Assembly: GCF_964213995.1 (NCBI RefSeq)
Contig: NC_135828.1
Span: forward strand, 30,442,001 to 30,506,000
Direction of reading: 5' to 3'
DNA from: Mustelus asterias
Taxonomy: Eukaryota
Length of the DNA: 64,000 nt
Shown here one piece after another: positions 63,289-64,000 of the stretch. The notes under the pieces were generated by a model. The model did not search any database and was not told the origin of the DNA. It saw only the letters and a program-made list of their open reading frames with translations. The position numbers and the translations under genes were made by a program. Each line of letters begins with the position of its first letter. Position 1 is the first letter of the stretch.

Positions 63289-64000
63289 ATGGCATGGTCT
63301 GTTTATCTATGTCCACTGCAGTTGCTGCTACCAGGTGACGGTTAATACTTATAGGGGAATTTACCTTCCAATTTAATGGTTATTGGCAACATCAGTGCAC
63401 ATTGCTGAACTGATATTTCTATCGGTGAGATCAGTTAGAGCATTGATTACTCTTTTGCCAAATAATATAAGTTTCTATTATGGAAATCGACGCAGTTACG
63501 TTCTATAACAGTAACTTGCATTAATACACGAAAGCAAAATATATGCAAGACAAATGTCGGACAGTTTGGGAGTAGACATAATTATAATGTTCCTTGGGAG
63601 CCTATGTGGGCACAGTTACAACCTCAGTAAGTCGAGTCAGGAAGTCTCTCTATATTTTTTTATGGCTCCAGTGCATCTCTCGCGAAACAGGGTTAGTAGC
63701 GTGGAATATGGAAACCCGGTAAGTTTTTGTATTCAACGGAAATATGCATTGATACCAAAAGCATCGACACATCGCCATTAATGTCAAGATATGGAGACAC
63801 TGTGTGTCCAGACCTTACCGTCCTCTTGCGTGCCTCATGGCGATGATCAGCTGAGACCTTGTGAGATTTAACAAAAACTTTCTCCCTACCCTTAATGTGC
63901 AAGTTCAAATTTGATCTGTTTCTCATGTTCCTCTGTGGCCACTGGTTGGATTGTTCCGGTCTCCCAGTGGGCGAAGCGATTGTCTATTATAGAGAGGAAG
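63289..64000 (+). pseudogene. TRBV: TCR V gene V8 (V5-V7 family), truncated by the window end; leader 63289-63334, V exon from 63939, acceptor AG to GG
   Basis: Leader MAWSVYLCPLQLLLP-G|gtgacg; V start ..PVSQWAKRLSIIERK aligns to V6 LVSQWWNRLTIEKGK; the expected acceptor reads TGG. Confidence 0.78.

Noticed and set aside
1-64000. CRISPR array, prokaryotic system, shark IgH/IgNAR cluster or germline-joined VDJ
   Set aside because: Sequence is eukaryotic, has no repeat-spacer array and no D/J/C near any V; the V genes end in unrearranged (intact or damaged) RSSs.

Overview
Vertebrate genomic DNA, almost certainly a shark/elasmobranch (HE1-type V-SINEs, dense CR1-clade LINEs). The window is part of a translocon-type T-cell receptor V-gene array, most likely TCR beta (TRBV). 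All V genes are on the + strand with a phase-1 leader exon, an intron, a V exon and a 23-bp-spacer recombination signal (RSS). No D, J or C segments were seen. I recognise eight V genes. Three look fully intact (4056, 30729, 46390). One lacks the first conserved Cys (49219), one has an open frame but a broken heptamer (57745), two are clear pseudogenes (13121, 19500), and one runs off the window end with a mutated splice acceptor (63289). About six further degraded V relics are present. Roughly a third of the window is CR1 LINE sequence, including a nested, 5'-inverted (twin-priming-type) copy. Best leads: (1) a small Penelope-like fold-back element with 11-13-bp target-site duplications and minimal hammerhead-ribozyme cores, three of four copies lying in V leader exons or introns; (2) three small deletions touching the coding-end/heptamer junction, possibly germline RAG scars; (3) a TRBV30-like V with an RSS-adjacent CTCF-like motif; (4) a CRE/decamer promoter element fixed about 110 bp upstream of the ATG in one V family. 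All calls were made by eye; repeat boundaries are approximate.
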